A program made the translations under genes and the position numbers. 64,000 nt of DNA from a virus, in the IMG/VR virus record IMGVR_UViG_3300047558_000238, positions 1 through 64,000 of that record. The stretch is one strand, 5' to 3'. The notes beneath the pieces were generated by a model, which was not told the DNA's origin, did not search any database, and saw nothing but the letters and a program-made list of their open reading frames with translations. Within the stretch, counting starts at the first letter, position 1. Every line of letters starts with the position of its first letter. Positions 37,975 to 47,650 of this stretch are shown piece after piece.

Positions 37975-39798
37975 ATGACAACAGGACTAGAAGGCGTACG
38001 CCTTGAGCTGGTTGATAGCGTTGCTCAGGCTGAGAAGTTTATCTCTTGGCTCGGTGAGCGTCGCCCCCACAATGCTTTGGCTATTGACACAGAAACTGGC
38101 GAACTGCCTGGCAAGCCGCGAGCGCACGCTCTATCTCCTTGGCATGGTCGCCTACGCCTTGTTCAGGTCGGCGATGCTATGACCGGATGGTCAATTCCTT
38201 GGGATGCCTGGAAGGGCGTCTTTTATGAGGCAATGAATAAGTTTGATGGCCCCCTCGTCTGCCACAACATTGCGTTCGAGGCTCGCTGGTTTGAAATCCA
38301 GTCCGAGTGGTCATTCCCTTGGCATCGAGGCCACGACACAATGATTATGGCTCAGCTTTTGGATCCGCTGGGCTCTGGAGCGCTAAAGAAGCTTACTCAG
38401 CAATACATCGACCCTCAGGCTGCTAGCCTCCAAAGTGTCCTCGATAGTGGAATGGTCGACAATGGTTGGACCTGGGGTACCGTTCCTATGAACTTTGAAC
38501 CATACTGGGCATATGGTGCACTAGACCCTGTGCTGACTATGCGCCTCTGGGAGAAGTTCTGGGAGAAGTGTGGCCCGGGGCAGCCTTATTCTCAGGCATA
38601 TGAGCTTGAGATGAATACTCGCCGTATCGTGACTCGCATGGAACTCAACGGGGCTCGACTAGACCTTAACTACTCTCAGAAGAAGTATGACGAGCTTGTC
38701 GGCTATACCGAGCAGGTAAAGGATTGGGCAAAGACAACCTACAACGGATTAGCTGTAGGCAGTAACCAGCAACTTGTATTCCAGTTCGAGAAGCTTGGTG
38801 CTGAAATTACTGAGCGTACAGACTCTGGCCAGAAGTCAGCTTCCGCGGACCAGCTCAAGATGCTTGTACGTGATGGCTCCCCCGAGGTTAGGCAGCTAGC
38901 TGAAACCGTCCTAAAGTATCGAAAAGCAGGCAAGCTAGCCAGCACGTATTTCTTGAACTTCATTAATGACAATGTTGATGGATTTGTTCACCCGTCTGTG
39001 AAGACCATGGGCGCTCGTACCGGACGTATGTCCATCCAGAACCCTGCGCTGCAGACTTTGCCTAAGGGTGACGATACTGTTCGTCGTGCGTTCTTGCCTA
39101 AGGATGACGACCACGTAATTATTACCTCGGACCTTGACCAGGTTGAGTTCCGTATGTTCTCGTCTCTATCACAGGACCAGAACCTGATTACGCTATTCAA
39201 TAACGCTGATGCGACTGGCTCAGACCCGTTTACGGAGATTGGTCGAGAAATCTACCAGGATCCAACTATGCAAAAGTCTGATAAGCGTCGTGCGCTCATT
39301 AAGGGCGTTGTGTATGGGCGTCTATATGGTGCAGGTGTGTCTAAGCAGGCTCTAACCGCAGGTGTGCCTGAAGAGCAGATGCGTGCAGTATCGAATGAAT
39401 TTGATAAGCGATTCCCTGGAATGGCAATGTTCCAGAAAAAGGTCGAAGATATCGGCATGCGACGCCTCCAAGCAGAAGGCCAAGGATATGTCAATACCTG
39501 GACTGGACGTCGCCTACCTTGTGATGATGACCGTGTTTATACCTTGGTCAACTACCTAATCCAGGGTGGTGCAGCAGAGGTGTTCAAGTCGAACCTGGTT
39601 AAACTTGACCAGGCTGACCTAACCGAACTACTAATTGTTCCTGTGCACGATGAAATTGTGCTCAATGCTCCTCGGAAGGATGCTGAAGAGATTAAAAAAC
39701 TAGTAAGAGAGTGCATGACAACCCGAGAGGGTTGGGCCGTACCACTTACTGCAGATGTCGATGGTCCACTAGAAAACTGGGGTCAAAAATATGCCTAA
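37975..39798 (+). CDS. polA: Family A DNA polymerase with 3'-5' exonuclease
   Basis: DTET, HNIAFE, TGRMS..P.LQ, DLDQVEFR, R..K..YG.LYG, VHDE. Confidence 0.95.
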   Translation: MTTGLEGVRLELVDSVAQAEKFISWLGERRPHNALAIDTETGELPGKPRAHALSPWHGRLRLVQVGDAMTGWSIPWDAWKGVFYEAMNKFDGPLVCHNIAFEARWFEIQSEWSFPWHRGHDTMIMAQLLDPLGSGALKKLTQQYIDPQAASLQSVLDSGMVDNGWTWGTVPMNFEPYWAYGALDPVLTMRLWEKFWEKCGPGQPYSQAYELEMNTRRIVTRMELNGARLDLNYSQKKYDELVGYTEQVKDWAKTTYNGLAVGSNQQLVFQFEKLGAEITERTDSGQKSASADQLKMLVRDGSPEVRQLAETVLKYRKAGKLASTYFLNFINDNVDGFVHPSVKTMGARTGRMSIQNPALQTLPKGDDTVRRAFLPKDDDHVIITSDLDQVEFRMFSSLSQDQNLITLFNNADATGSDPFTEIGREIYQDPTMQKSDKRRALIKGVVYGRLYGAGVSKQALTAGVPEEQMRAVSNEFDKRFPGMAMFQKKVEDIGMRRLQAEGQGYVNTWTGRRLPCDDDRVYTLVNYLIQGGAAEVFKSNLVKLDQADLTELLIVPVHDEIVLNAPRKDAEEIKKLVRECMTTREGWAVPLTADVDGPLENWGQKYA

Positions 39799-40252
39799 AT
39801 ATGTACTATCAGTCGATCCAGGTAAGGCAACCGGCATGGCTCTATTTAGCCTTGAGCCGGGCCAGGAGCCTGTTTTAGTCTGGTCTAAAGAGTTACAGCA
39901 AGAGGAGTATGCAGAGCCTATACGGGCCACTCTAGCCTCTGTAGACGTAGCTGTAGACGTAGTCTGCGAGCGCTTTACTATCAATGCACAAACTGTGCGT
40001 AACTCACAGGCACCTTACTCGCTAGAGCAGATTGGTATCCTCAAGCAATGCCTAATGGATGTGGGGCGTCCAGCAAATGACATCTACTTCCAGGCACCAG
40101 CCGATGCAAAGGCAATGTTCACTAACGAGACCCTAAAAAAGTTGGGCTATTGGCACAAGGGTGGCGAAGGCCACGCACTTGATGCAATACGACACGGGCT
40201 ACTTAGACTTGTCAAATTGGGCTGGAAACCTGTAAGATTATTAAAAGAATAG
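39791..40252 (+). CDS. RuvC-like Holliday junction resolvase
   Basis: SVDPGKATG, VVCE, HALDA. Confidence 0.75.
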   Translation: MPKYVLSVDPGKATGMALFSLEPGQEPVLVWSKELQQEEYAEPIRATLASVDVAVDVVCERFTINAQTVRNSQAPYSLEQIGILKQCLMDVGRPANDIYFQAPADAKAMFTNETLKKLGYWHKGGEGHALDAIRHGLLRLVKLGWKPVRLLKE

Positions 40253-40329
40253 GTATTATCAGAAAAAAGTACTTGATAACAAGATTTTTCTGATAATATA
40301 TAAATACGAAATGACGAACGGAGGCCTTT

Positions 40330-42144
40330 GTGCCTATTAGTGTAGAGCTCGACTCAACGGGCAAACACATTGTAATCAACGCTGAGTGGCGTCTCAAAGA
40401 AGTCTGTAAGGCACTTCCTGGCGCTTCATGGAGCGCTAAGGAGCAGATTTGGCGTATTCCAGTCTCGTGGACTGGTTGCTTAGCACTACGCTCTACCTTT
40501 AAGGATGAGCTAGAAATCGGACCTAACCTAGCAGCATGGGCACGAGAAGAACGTGCTCGCCGAATCGAGCCGTCTAATGCTCTACGAGAGCTTGAAGTTG
40601 CTGAAGATGGCGATGAAGACCTCTTCCCGCACCAGCGTGCTGGAGTTAAGTTCCTTACTACTGCTCGTCGAGCTCTTTTAGCTGATGAGCCAGGTCTAGG
40701 TAAGACCGCTCAGGCAATTCGCTCACTTAAGAAGTTGCACGATGATGGCGAAGATATCTTCCCGGCACTAATCGTCTGCCCGAATACTCTGAAGAGTAAC
40801 TGGCAGCGCGAGTTTGATAAGTGGTGGCCTGGAGTCAACGTATCTGTAATTAAGGGATCTGCCGTTCAGCGCAGAAAGGCTTTTGAAGATCCTGCTGATG
40901 TCTACATCATCAACTGGGAGTCACTACGCACTCACTCAAAGCTTCTTTCTTACGGATCTATTGCTCTTGCACGCTGCGAAGAGTGTGGTGGGCATGACTC
41001 TCGAATCACGGCTACTCGCTGTGAAGTGCATCAGCGTGAGCTAAACACGATTGACTTTAAGGCTGTAGTTGCAGATGAGATTCACCGCTCTAAAGACCCT
41101 AAGTCTAAGCAAACACGTGCACTATGGGCAGCTACTGGAGATGCCGATGTTCGTTTTGCAATGACTGGAACTCCTATTGCTAAAGATGTAGTGGACCTAT
41201 GGCCTATCCTTCACTGGCTTGACCCAGCTGAATGGCCTAGCAAGACTAAGTGGATTGACCGCTATGTCAACACGATGCTCAATGCATTCGGTGGAATGAT
41301 GGTCATGGGCCTAAAGCCGGAGATGACAGATGAGTTCTATGCTGGAATCAACCCACGTATGCGACGCATGCTCAAGGCTCGAGTACTTCCATGGCTACCA
41401 GAGGTTATCAATGACCGACGCGATGTCGAGATGGGTGCTAAGCAACTTAAGGCATATAAGCAGATGCTAGAGAACATGATCGTTCTTCTAGAAAATGAAG
41501 GTACGGTCTCTTCTACTGGAGATGTAGTAGTTGCACCTAACCCGCTAACTCAGACTCTGCGTCTGCTTCAGTTTGCAAGTGCATATGCTCAGATCGAACT
41601 TCAAGAGAATGGCGAAGAAAAAGTTCTTTTGTCAGACCCTTCTTGTAAGGTTGATGCTCTGATGGATGACATTGAGAATGGTGACTTTGGCGATGACTCT
41701 GTAGCAGTATGTGCAGTATCACGTCAGCTCATCGAGCTTCTAAGTGCACGTCTGACTAAAGAGGGCATCGCTCATGGCCTAATCACTGGTGCCCAGGATG
41801 GCGACCAGCGACAGCAGGCTATTGACGACTTCCAGTCTGGCAAGACTAAGTGGATTCTGTTTACTGCTCAGGCTGGTGGTGTAGGTGTCACCTTGACAAC
41901 TGCACGAAGACTTGTTATGCTTCAAAGACCATGGTCACTCGTTGACTACAAGCAGGCTCTCGACCGCGTACACCGTATCGGCTCCGAGATCCACGACTCT
42001 GTAATCATCACTGACTATGTAACTGAAGGAACCATCGAAGAGCGTGTTATTCAAGCTCTAGACGTCAAGTCCGAAAACTTCGAAGAGATTGTTAAGGACA
42101 AGGCTAGGCTTCTGGATATGCTCAAGAACGGACTACCAAAATGA
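40330..42144 (+). CDS. SNF2-family helicase
   Basis: LADEPGLGKT, DEIH, MTGTP, GGVGVTLT, QALDRVHRIG. Confidence 0.95.
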   Translation: MPISVELDSTGKHIVINAEWRLKEVCKALPGASWSAKEQIWRIPVSWTGCLALRSTFKDELEIGPNLAAWAREERARRIEPSNALRELEVAEDGDEDLFPHQRAGVKFLTTARRALLADEPGLGKTAQAIRSLKKLHDDGEDIFPALIVCPNTLKSNWQREFDKWWPGVNVSVIKGSAVQRRKAFEDPADVYIINWESLRTHSKLLSYGSIALARCEECGGHDSRITATRCEVHQRELNTIDFKAVVADEIHRSKDPKSKQTRALWAATGDADVRFAMTGTPIAKDVVDLWPILHWLDPAEWPSKTKWIDRYVNTMLNAFGGMMVMGLKPEMTDEFYAGINPRMRRMLKARVLPWLPEVINDRRDVEMGAKQLKAYKQMLENMIVLLENEGTVSSTGDVVVAPNPLTQTLRLLQFASAYAQIELQENGEEKVLLSDPSCKVDALMDDIENGDFGDDSVAVCAVSRQLIELLSARLTKEGIAHGLITGAQDGDQRQQAIDDFQSGKTKWILFTAQAGGVGVTLTTARRLVMLQRPWSLVDYKQALDRVHRIGSEIHDSVIITDYVTEGTIEERVIQALDVKSENFEEIVKDKARLLDMLKNGLPK

Positions 42145-43088
42145 CAGAAATGACAAATGAACCAATCAGAATCTCTAACTCTGAGATTCAAACTTTCAAG
42201 GACTGCCGTCGCCGGTGGTGGTTTACCTACTACCGTCGTCTCAAGCCGAAGCTAAAGGACTTTACTGGCGCACTTGCACTAGGTTCTCGTATTCACGAGG
42301 CCCTAGACCGCTACTACACTTCTGGCATGGAGCGAGACCTACTTCAGATTCACGCAGAACTAGTTGCGGAAGACATGAAGAAGATGACTGACGACTACCG
42401 AGACACCTCGTCACTTGAGACAGAGGCAGAGCTTGGTCGAGTCATGCTTGAAGGCTACCTAGAGTGGATTGAGCTCGAGGGTATCGACGCAGAGCTTGAG
42501 ATGATCTCTACGGAAGAAATCATCGAGCGTCCTATGCTGGACGGTCGTGTAACTCTTCAGGGAAAGATTGACATGCGTGTTCGTCGCAAGATTGACGGTG
42601 TTCGTATGTTCCGTGACTTCAAGACTGTTGGTGGCTCTTTTGCCGACTTCGGCTCTATTGCTCACATGAATGAGCAGGTTCTAACCTACATGCTCCTTGA
42701 AGAGGCGCAGAATCAGGATGGTGAACGTTCCGAGGGAGGCATCTTTACAATGCTTCGTAAGGTTAAGCGCGGTGCTTATGCTAAGCCACCGTTCTATGAC
42801 CAGATTGAAGTTCGCCACAACCGATTTGCTCTTCGCTCGTTCTACCAGCGTCTAGAGGGAACTCTAGAAGATATCATGCGAGTCCGTGATGGTCTCGATG
42901 CTGGCGAGAGCCACTACAAACTTGCATACCCAAAGCCGTCTCGCGACTGCAAGTGGAAATGCCAATTCTTCGCTATTTGCCCGCTAGTTGACGATGGTTC
43001 GGCAGCTGAAGCAGCAATTAGCGATGCGTTCGAGGTCTCCGACCCGTACGGTTACTATCTATCAAATGAACAGAAAGGAAGTGAGTAA
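42141..43088 (+). CDS. Cas4/RecB-like PD-(D/E)XK exonuclease
   Basis: N-terminal C, GSRIH, GKID..DFKT, C-terminal C..C..C (Fe-S-type ligands). Confidence 0.85.
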   Translation: MTEMTNEPIRISNSEIQTFKDCRRRWWFTYYRRLKPKLKDFTGALALGSRIHEALDRYYTSGMERDLLQIHAELVAEDMKKMTDDYRDTSSLETEAELGRVMLEGYLEWIELEGIDAELEMISTEEIIERPMLDGRVTLQGKIDMRVRRKIDGVRMFRDFKTVGGSFADFGSIAHMNEQVLTYMLLEEAQNQDGERSEGGIFTMLRKVKRGAYAKPPFYDQIEVRHNRFALRSFYQRLEGTLEDIMRVRDGLDAGESHYKLAYPKPSRDCKWKCQFFAICPLVDDGSAAEAAISDAFEVSDPYGYYLSNEQKGSE

Positions 43089-43090
43089 AG

Positions 43091-43858
43091 ATGTCTGAAG
43101 TCGACCGCAGTTTAACAATTATGGTTTATGGCGAATCGAAGGTCGGTAAATCTACGTTTGCCGTCACAGCACCTTACCCACGCCTAATGCTCGACGTTGA
43201 GGGAGGCCACCGCTTCCTGCCAATCAACGTAAAGTATTGGGACCCAATGACCCAAGAGCCACCGCTAGCGGATGGCACCTGGGACACCGTTGTTGTCCAG
43301 GTTCGTGACTACGATGTAGTTATGAAGGCTTTCCAGTGGCTTCAGAGCGGAAAGCACCAGTTCAAGTCGCTTATTATCGACTCGATCTCGGAGCTTCAGG
43401 TCAAGTGTATGGACAACATCGCTGGCACAGAGCAGATGAAGATGCAACAGTGGGGAGAGCTACTTCGCCACATGGGTGCGCTTCTTCGTGACCTGCGTGA
43501 CCTCACCATGCACCCAACTCAGCCGCTTGAGGCTGTAGTTCTTACTGCTATGGCTCGTAAAGGTCAGGATGGCGTATACCGTCCTTACCTGCAGGGTCAG
43601 CTAGCAATTCAGGCACCATACTTCTATGACATCCTTGGAGCGGTTACGGTAGAAACAATGCCGAATCCAGACCCACTCCAGCCACCATACAAGGTGCGAC
43701 GCATGTACGTTGAGCGCACACCTGAGTACGAGGCCGGAGAGCGTGTCCAGGGTCGTCTAGGTAAAGTAGTCGAGCAGCAAGATCTAGGTATCGAGCGTAT
43801 GCTAGACATGGTTTTCGGAGAGAAGACCACCGCAACAACAACAAGTAAAAAGGCATAA
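43091..43858 (+). CDS. AAA ATPase (Sak4/AAA_24-like)
   Basis: GESKVGKS, LDVEGG, IIDSISE. Confidence 0.85.
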   Translation: MSEVDRSLTIMVYGESKVGKSTFAVTAPYPRLMLDVEGGHRFLPINVKYWDPMTQEPPLADGTWDTVVVQVRDYDVVMKAFQWLQSGKHQFKSLIIDSISELQVKCMDNIAGTEQMKMQQWGELLRHMGALLRDLRDLTMHPTQPLEAVVLTAMARKGQDGVYRPYLQGQLAIQAPYFYDILGAVTVETMPNPDPLQPPYKVRRMYVERTPEYEAGERVQGRLGKVVEQQDLGIERMLDMVFGEKTTATTTSKKA

Positions 43859-43871
43859 GGAGCCATAACTA

Positions 43872-44474
43872 ATGAGTACTATTAACTGGGCAGACCTCGT
43901 CAAGCAGGCGGGCGATGCAGGATCAAGCACCAACTACGAGCCACTACCAGAGGGCGACTACGAGCTTAAGGTAGTCGACGCTCAGGCAACCACCACCTCG
44001 ACTGGAAAGGTGATGTTCAAGGTCACCAACGAGGTTCAGGGTGGCCCATACAACAAGCGTCGCGTTTGGGACCAGCTTGTTGTAACCACTGACAACCCAA
44101 AGGCCATGAACATGTTCTTCATGAAGGCCAACGCAATGGGTCTGGGACGCACCTTCTGGGATGCAAACCCTACCAATGCTCAGGTTGAGCAGGCGCTAAT
44201 GGGACGCGCATTCCGTGCGACTCTAGGTACCCGTACTTACAACGGTAACGTTAGCAACGAGATCAAGAAGTATTTCCCTGGCCAGGCTGCAGTTGCTGCA
44301 ACTGCCGCTTCAGCTGCTCCAGCTGCTGCTCCAGCACCAGCTCCAGCTCCAGCACCTGCTGCTGCTCCAGCTCCTATTGCTACCCCGTTTGACGGTCCAT
44401 CGATCGCTAACGCGCCAGCACCAGCGCCAGCACCAGCACCGGCTGCTCCTGTAACCGCAGAAGAGCCGTTCTAG
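43872..44474 (+). CDS. Single-stranded DNA-binding protein (DUF669-like)
   Basis: PLPEGDY, OB-fold-like core, AP-rich tail ending EEPF. Confidence 0.75.
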   Translation: MSTINWADLVKQAGDAGSSTNYEPLPEGDYELKVVDAQATTTSTGKVMFKVTNEVQGGPYNKRRVWDQLVVTTDNPKAMNMFFMKANAMGLGRTFWDANPTNAQVEQALMGRAFRATLGTRTYNGNVSNEIKKYFPGQAAVAATAASAAPAAAPAPAPAPAPAAAPAPIATPFDGPSIANAPAPAPAPAPAAPVTAEEPF

Positions 44475-44493
44475 TAGTTAGCTAAAGTAGGCG

Positions 44494-44518
44494 ACGGGGC
44501 ATCTTTTAGGTGCCCCGT
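44494..44518 (+). terminator. Hairpin after SSB
   Basis: ACGGGGCATC / GGTGCCCCGT. Confidence 0.6.
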
Positions 44519-44538
44519 TTGCCTCATAGGGAGATAAT

Positions 44539-45549
44539 ATGAAAGTTCTATTTACTGGTATGGCTTCGCACCATTGCAGCCCGTCAGCGAATGTTGGATT
44601 TTTCAACACGCTAGCCGAGGTAGTCTCCAGGTCCGCTCAGATTACCTGGGCTAGCCCAAAGTTGACTTGGACTAAAGCTGAGCTAGAGTCATATGATGCT
44701 ATCTTTTTAGGGTTTATTCCACCAACTGCTTTAGGTGCAAACAAAATTTATGGGGCTATGCATGTTCTTGGCCTAATGTTTGACTCACCTAAACTCCATT
44801 TAGTAGCGGATAGCGCTCAGATTTGGCAGTACAAGAACAGCCTTGAAGCCGTAAAGAGGGACATCTCCGGGCTATTTACGCCTTTTTACTCGAAGAGGCT
44901 AGACTACTCTAAGGCTAGAGAGCCTAAATACATCAAAACAATTGTTGCTGCAGCGGAAAAAATGTCTAGCAGCGCTTGGCCAAAAATCCTATACCCGATT
45001 CTTCCATGGCAGAGCCCTGAAGATTCTTTTAAAAAGCTAGGGTTTGGCTCTCAGAGCAACTCTCTCGGTCTCAACCTGGACTCGGTTTTATTGAGTAATA
45101 GCTCTTACGGGCTGGATCGGTCGAACCAGTGGGCCGCTGACAACACAAAAAGTTCTTGGCTCGCTACCCTCGAGGCTACCTTACAGTTTCCAATTGTAAG
45201 CACCAAACTAGCTAGAGTTTCTTCTGATGCTGATGCTATCTCGGTTATGTCATCTAGCATCGGACTGATTGTTCCCCCTCAGGACCGCGGCCTGGGAACA
45301 TGGTGGTCATATCGGTACGTTCAAGCATTGAACTCAGGTACTCCGGTTTTGACCTACTGGCAAGATACTGCAAACTTTGACCAGTCTTGGTCTCAGCTGG
45401 CTTACCAAGTAGAAGACATGCACCCGACTGGACGAGTGGGGCTGGCTCGAGAGCAGTATGAAAGCTATAGAGCCTCGCTCCTACCAAAACTAGAACTTAT
45501 AAGCCACGTAAACACTGAACTGCTAGAATCAATCAAGGAGAGGATCTAA
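44539..45549 (+). CDS. Hypothetical protein, possible GT-B glycosyltransferase-like
   Basis: MKVLFTG Rossmann-like start; WWSYRYVQALNSGTPVL. Confidence 0.4.
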   Translation: MKVLFTGMASHHCSPSANVGFFNTLAEVVSRSAQITWASPKLTWTKAELESYDAIFLGFIPPTALGANKIYGAMHVLGLMFDSPKLHLVADSAQIWQYKNSLEAVKRDISGLFTPFYSKRLDYSKAREPKYIKTIVAAAEKMSSSAWPKILYPILPWQSPEDSFKKLGFGSQSNSLGLNLDSVLLSNSSYGLDRSNQWAADNTKSSWLATLEATLQFPIVSTKLARVSSDADAISVMSSSIGLIVPPQDRGLGTWWSYRYVQALNSGTPVLTYWQDTANFDQSWSQLAYQVEDMHPTGRVGLAREQYESYRASLLPKLELISHVNTELLESIKERI

Positions 45550-45986
45550 TGCCTGAATTAAATCAAGAGTGGATTAAAGAGCAGCTAACTGCTGCAAAAG
45601 TTAAAGTAGCGTCTGGTAAAGCTGTTCTCAAGCTATTGGCAGCCTGGGAAGAGCTTCCCGAGCTTTCCCCTGCAATTGTAGAAGAAGTTCTATCAGTATT
45701 CCCTGTGCTAGCTAGGGGCCATGCTTTAAAGCAGGAAGAGTCAGACGATGACTATCGCTGGATAGATGCTCAGCCTGGTGGGATTATTGTCGGTGATGTT
45801 GTCCGCGTTAAGGCTGATGCATACACCGAGAAGCTAGGCACTGTCCACAATGGTAGAGTCGGAAAAGTTATTGCCGTTAGATACGGCGACATCATTGTAA
45901 ATTCAACAGATGATAAGAAGCCTCCCCTAGCCGGAGCTCACTACTCGCCGTATAAGCTAGAGAAGCGCGTAAGGAAGGCTAACTAA
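45549..45986 (+). CDS. Hypothetical protein with SH3/KOW-like C-terminus
   Basis: VGDVVRV..NGRVGKVIAV. Confidence 0.55.
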   Translation: MPELNQEWIKEQLTAAKVKVASGKAVLKLLAAWEELPELSPAIVEEVLSVFPVLARGHALKQEESDDDYRWIDAQPGGIIVGDVVRVKADAYTEKLGTVHNGRVGKVIAVRYGDIIVNSTDDKKPPLAGAHYSPYKLEKRVRKAN

Positions 45987-46240
45987 TGCGAACATCATTT
46001 GATCTAAAAATAGTTGCGTCTACTATTGAAGAAGCAAAAACACTTGCTATCGGCGAGATTTCAAAGTTTCTTGGAATCCCCGAGAGTGAAGTTCCGGATC
46101 GAGTCTCGATGGAGCTTAAGGTCTCTTACCCTAAGGCAGAGACTGTTAGTGAGATCGAGCAAGCTGTCTCTGCTGGAATCTTCCAAGTAATTGCCTTTGG
46201 CACCGTTAAGCAGGGAGTTGTAAAACATTTCGGTGTCTAG
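45986..46240 (+). CDS. Hypothetical protein
   Basis: TAATG coupling. Confidence 0.6.
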   Translation: MRTSFDLKIVASTIEEAKTLAIGEISKFLGIPESEVPDRVSMELKVSYPKAETVSEIEQAVSAGIFQVIAFGTVKQGVVKHFGV

Positions 46241-46269
46241 TTGACAAACTAAAAAGTAAGCGGTACATT
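46241..46269 (+). promoter_or_regulatory. Housekeeping-sigma-type promoter, leaderless transcript
   Basis: TTGACA, 17 nt, TACATT, 6 nt, ATG 46276. Confidence 0.75.
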
Positions 46270-46275
46270 TGTTTT

Positions 46276-46767
46276 ATGCAAACATTTGTACCGCTTATTT
46301 CTTCTTTTGACGACATGGCTAAAACGCTTGACCGCGCTCGGCTCAATAAACAAGCCCTTGAGGGGTGGCAGATTCTTATGACTCTGCTGGAGCTGGACCC
46401 TCAGGGAAATCACCGAACTCCAAAAGGTTGGGTAAACCACCCAGCAGTGAAAATGTGGCGTGGCTACGAGACTGCACTATACCTCTACATTCAGGCTATG
46501 GTAGAAGAGTGGCTCGACCGAGGCTATAAGTCGACTATTGGCATAAAGGCAAAAGCAACGTTTGATGCTGCACTTAGTGCAGGGTTGGCACACTTTAGTC
46601 CGACAGAAGCCCCCGAGTGGATGACCAACAGGGAACTATTTGACTCAATTGCATCTAGTCACCGTACTGCGCTGCTAAATAAGGACTACGAGTGGTATTC
46701 TCAGTTTGGTTGGCCAGAAGATACTGGCAAGCGACCAGAAACTTACGAGTATATTTGGCCTATCTAA
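46276..46767 (+). CDS. Pyrimidine-dimer DNA glycosylase / endonuclease V-like (MSMEG_6728-like)
   Basis: MQTF.P..LD..RL.KQ..E..QIL, HPAVKMWRGYE, SHR..LL.KD..WY. Confidence 0.8.
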   Translation: MQTFVPLISSFDDMAKTLDRARLNKQALEGWQILMTLLELDPQGNHRTPKGWVNHPAVKMWRGYETALYLYIQAMVEEWLDRGYKSTIGIKAKATFDAALSAGLAHFSPTEAPEWMTNRELFDSIASSHRTALLNKDYEWYSQFGWPEDTGKRPETYEYIWPI

Positions 46768-46815
46768 TTTAGTAATTTACACTATTTAAGACATACCGCA
46801 CGGTAGAATCCTAGT

Positions 46816-47166
46816 ATGAAGGATTCGCGCGTAGGAGAGTCGCTCTGGGATATCTGGGAAGGCTCTGGATATACCCAGGGGTTCGCAGACTCTATTGTGT
46901 ACTATACCGAGGGCCACGTAGACATCGAACATGATGTAGTACGAAAAGCCCTTGCCTCCTCTATCCAGCGAGATGGTATTACTTACTCACTATTCTCTGC
47001 TTTTGGGCTAATAGATACTGGTATCTGTTCCCAGGGGTGGGTCGGGTTAGATACTACATACGAGGTATACCAAGAGGTATGCGACGAATCTGGACAAACA
47101 TATAGCGGAACCATGCTCAATGCTGTGGTGCCAGTAACTTTCGTCGAGGTTCAAGACATTGATTGA
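46816..47166 (+). CDS. Hypothetical protein
   Basis: TAGAAT box 6 nt before the ATG. Confidence 0.65.
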   Translation: MKDSRVGESLWDIWEGSGYTQGFADSIVYYTEGHVDIEHDVVRKALASSIQRDGITYSLFSAFGLIDTGICSQGWVGLDTTYEVYQEVCDESGQTYSGTMLNAVVPVTFVEVQDID

Positions 47167-47650
47167 TACACCTGATTGGCATGAAGATGCTGAGTGCTCT
47201 AAGCCTGCCAACAATAAGTTTATTGATAACTTTTTTGCAAATAAACCTTCCCAGCAATGGGAGGCTAAGAAACTATGCGGCGGATGCCCTGTGCGACTAG
47301 AGTGCGCTAAGTGGGCACTAGATAATAAGCAGCTTTGGGGCATCTGGGGCGGTCTAGATTACAAAGAGATTAGACGAACTCTCTCGGTTAACTGGGAGGG
47401 GCAAGAAATGCGTCACAAGCGTTTCCCGCTATGCCCAGGGTGTAAGGCAAAAACTAAGCATCTAAAAACTGCAACTATTGATAGGCCAGATGGTGGCAGA
47501 TGGTCAACTATGAGAGTAGTACGTTGCGATCTATGCCACTTCACGTGGCAGAGCAGAACAAGTGCTAATGCTGTAGACGCATACCATGTTGGTGTGACTA
47601 AGAAGCAGAGCTCAGCAAAGCCTGACGATAGTAGTAATTATTTGTTTTAA
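47159..47650 (+). CDS. whiB: WhiB-family transcription factor with C-terminal Zn ribbon
   Basis: W...A.C, AK..C..CPV...C, GIWGG; then CPGC..CDLC. Confidence 0.9.
   Translation: MIDTPDWHEDAECSKPANNKFIDNFFANKPSQQWEAKKLCGGCPVRLECAKWALDNKQLWGIWGGLDYKEIRRTLSVNWEGQEMRHKRFPLCPGCKAKTKHLKTATIDRPDGGRWSTMRVVRCDLCHFTWQSRTSANAVDAYHVGVTKKQSSAKPDDSSNYLF

Noticed and set aside
42141-43088. Cas4-like gene as part of a CRISPR-Cas system
   Set aside because: No array or other cas genes; standard phage exonuclease-ATPase-SSB recombination context.
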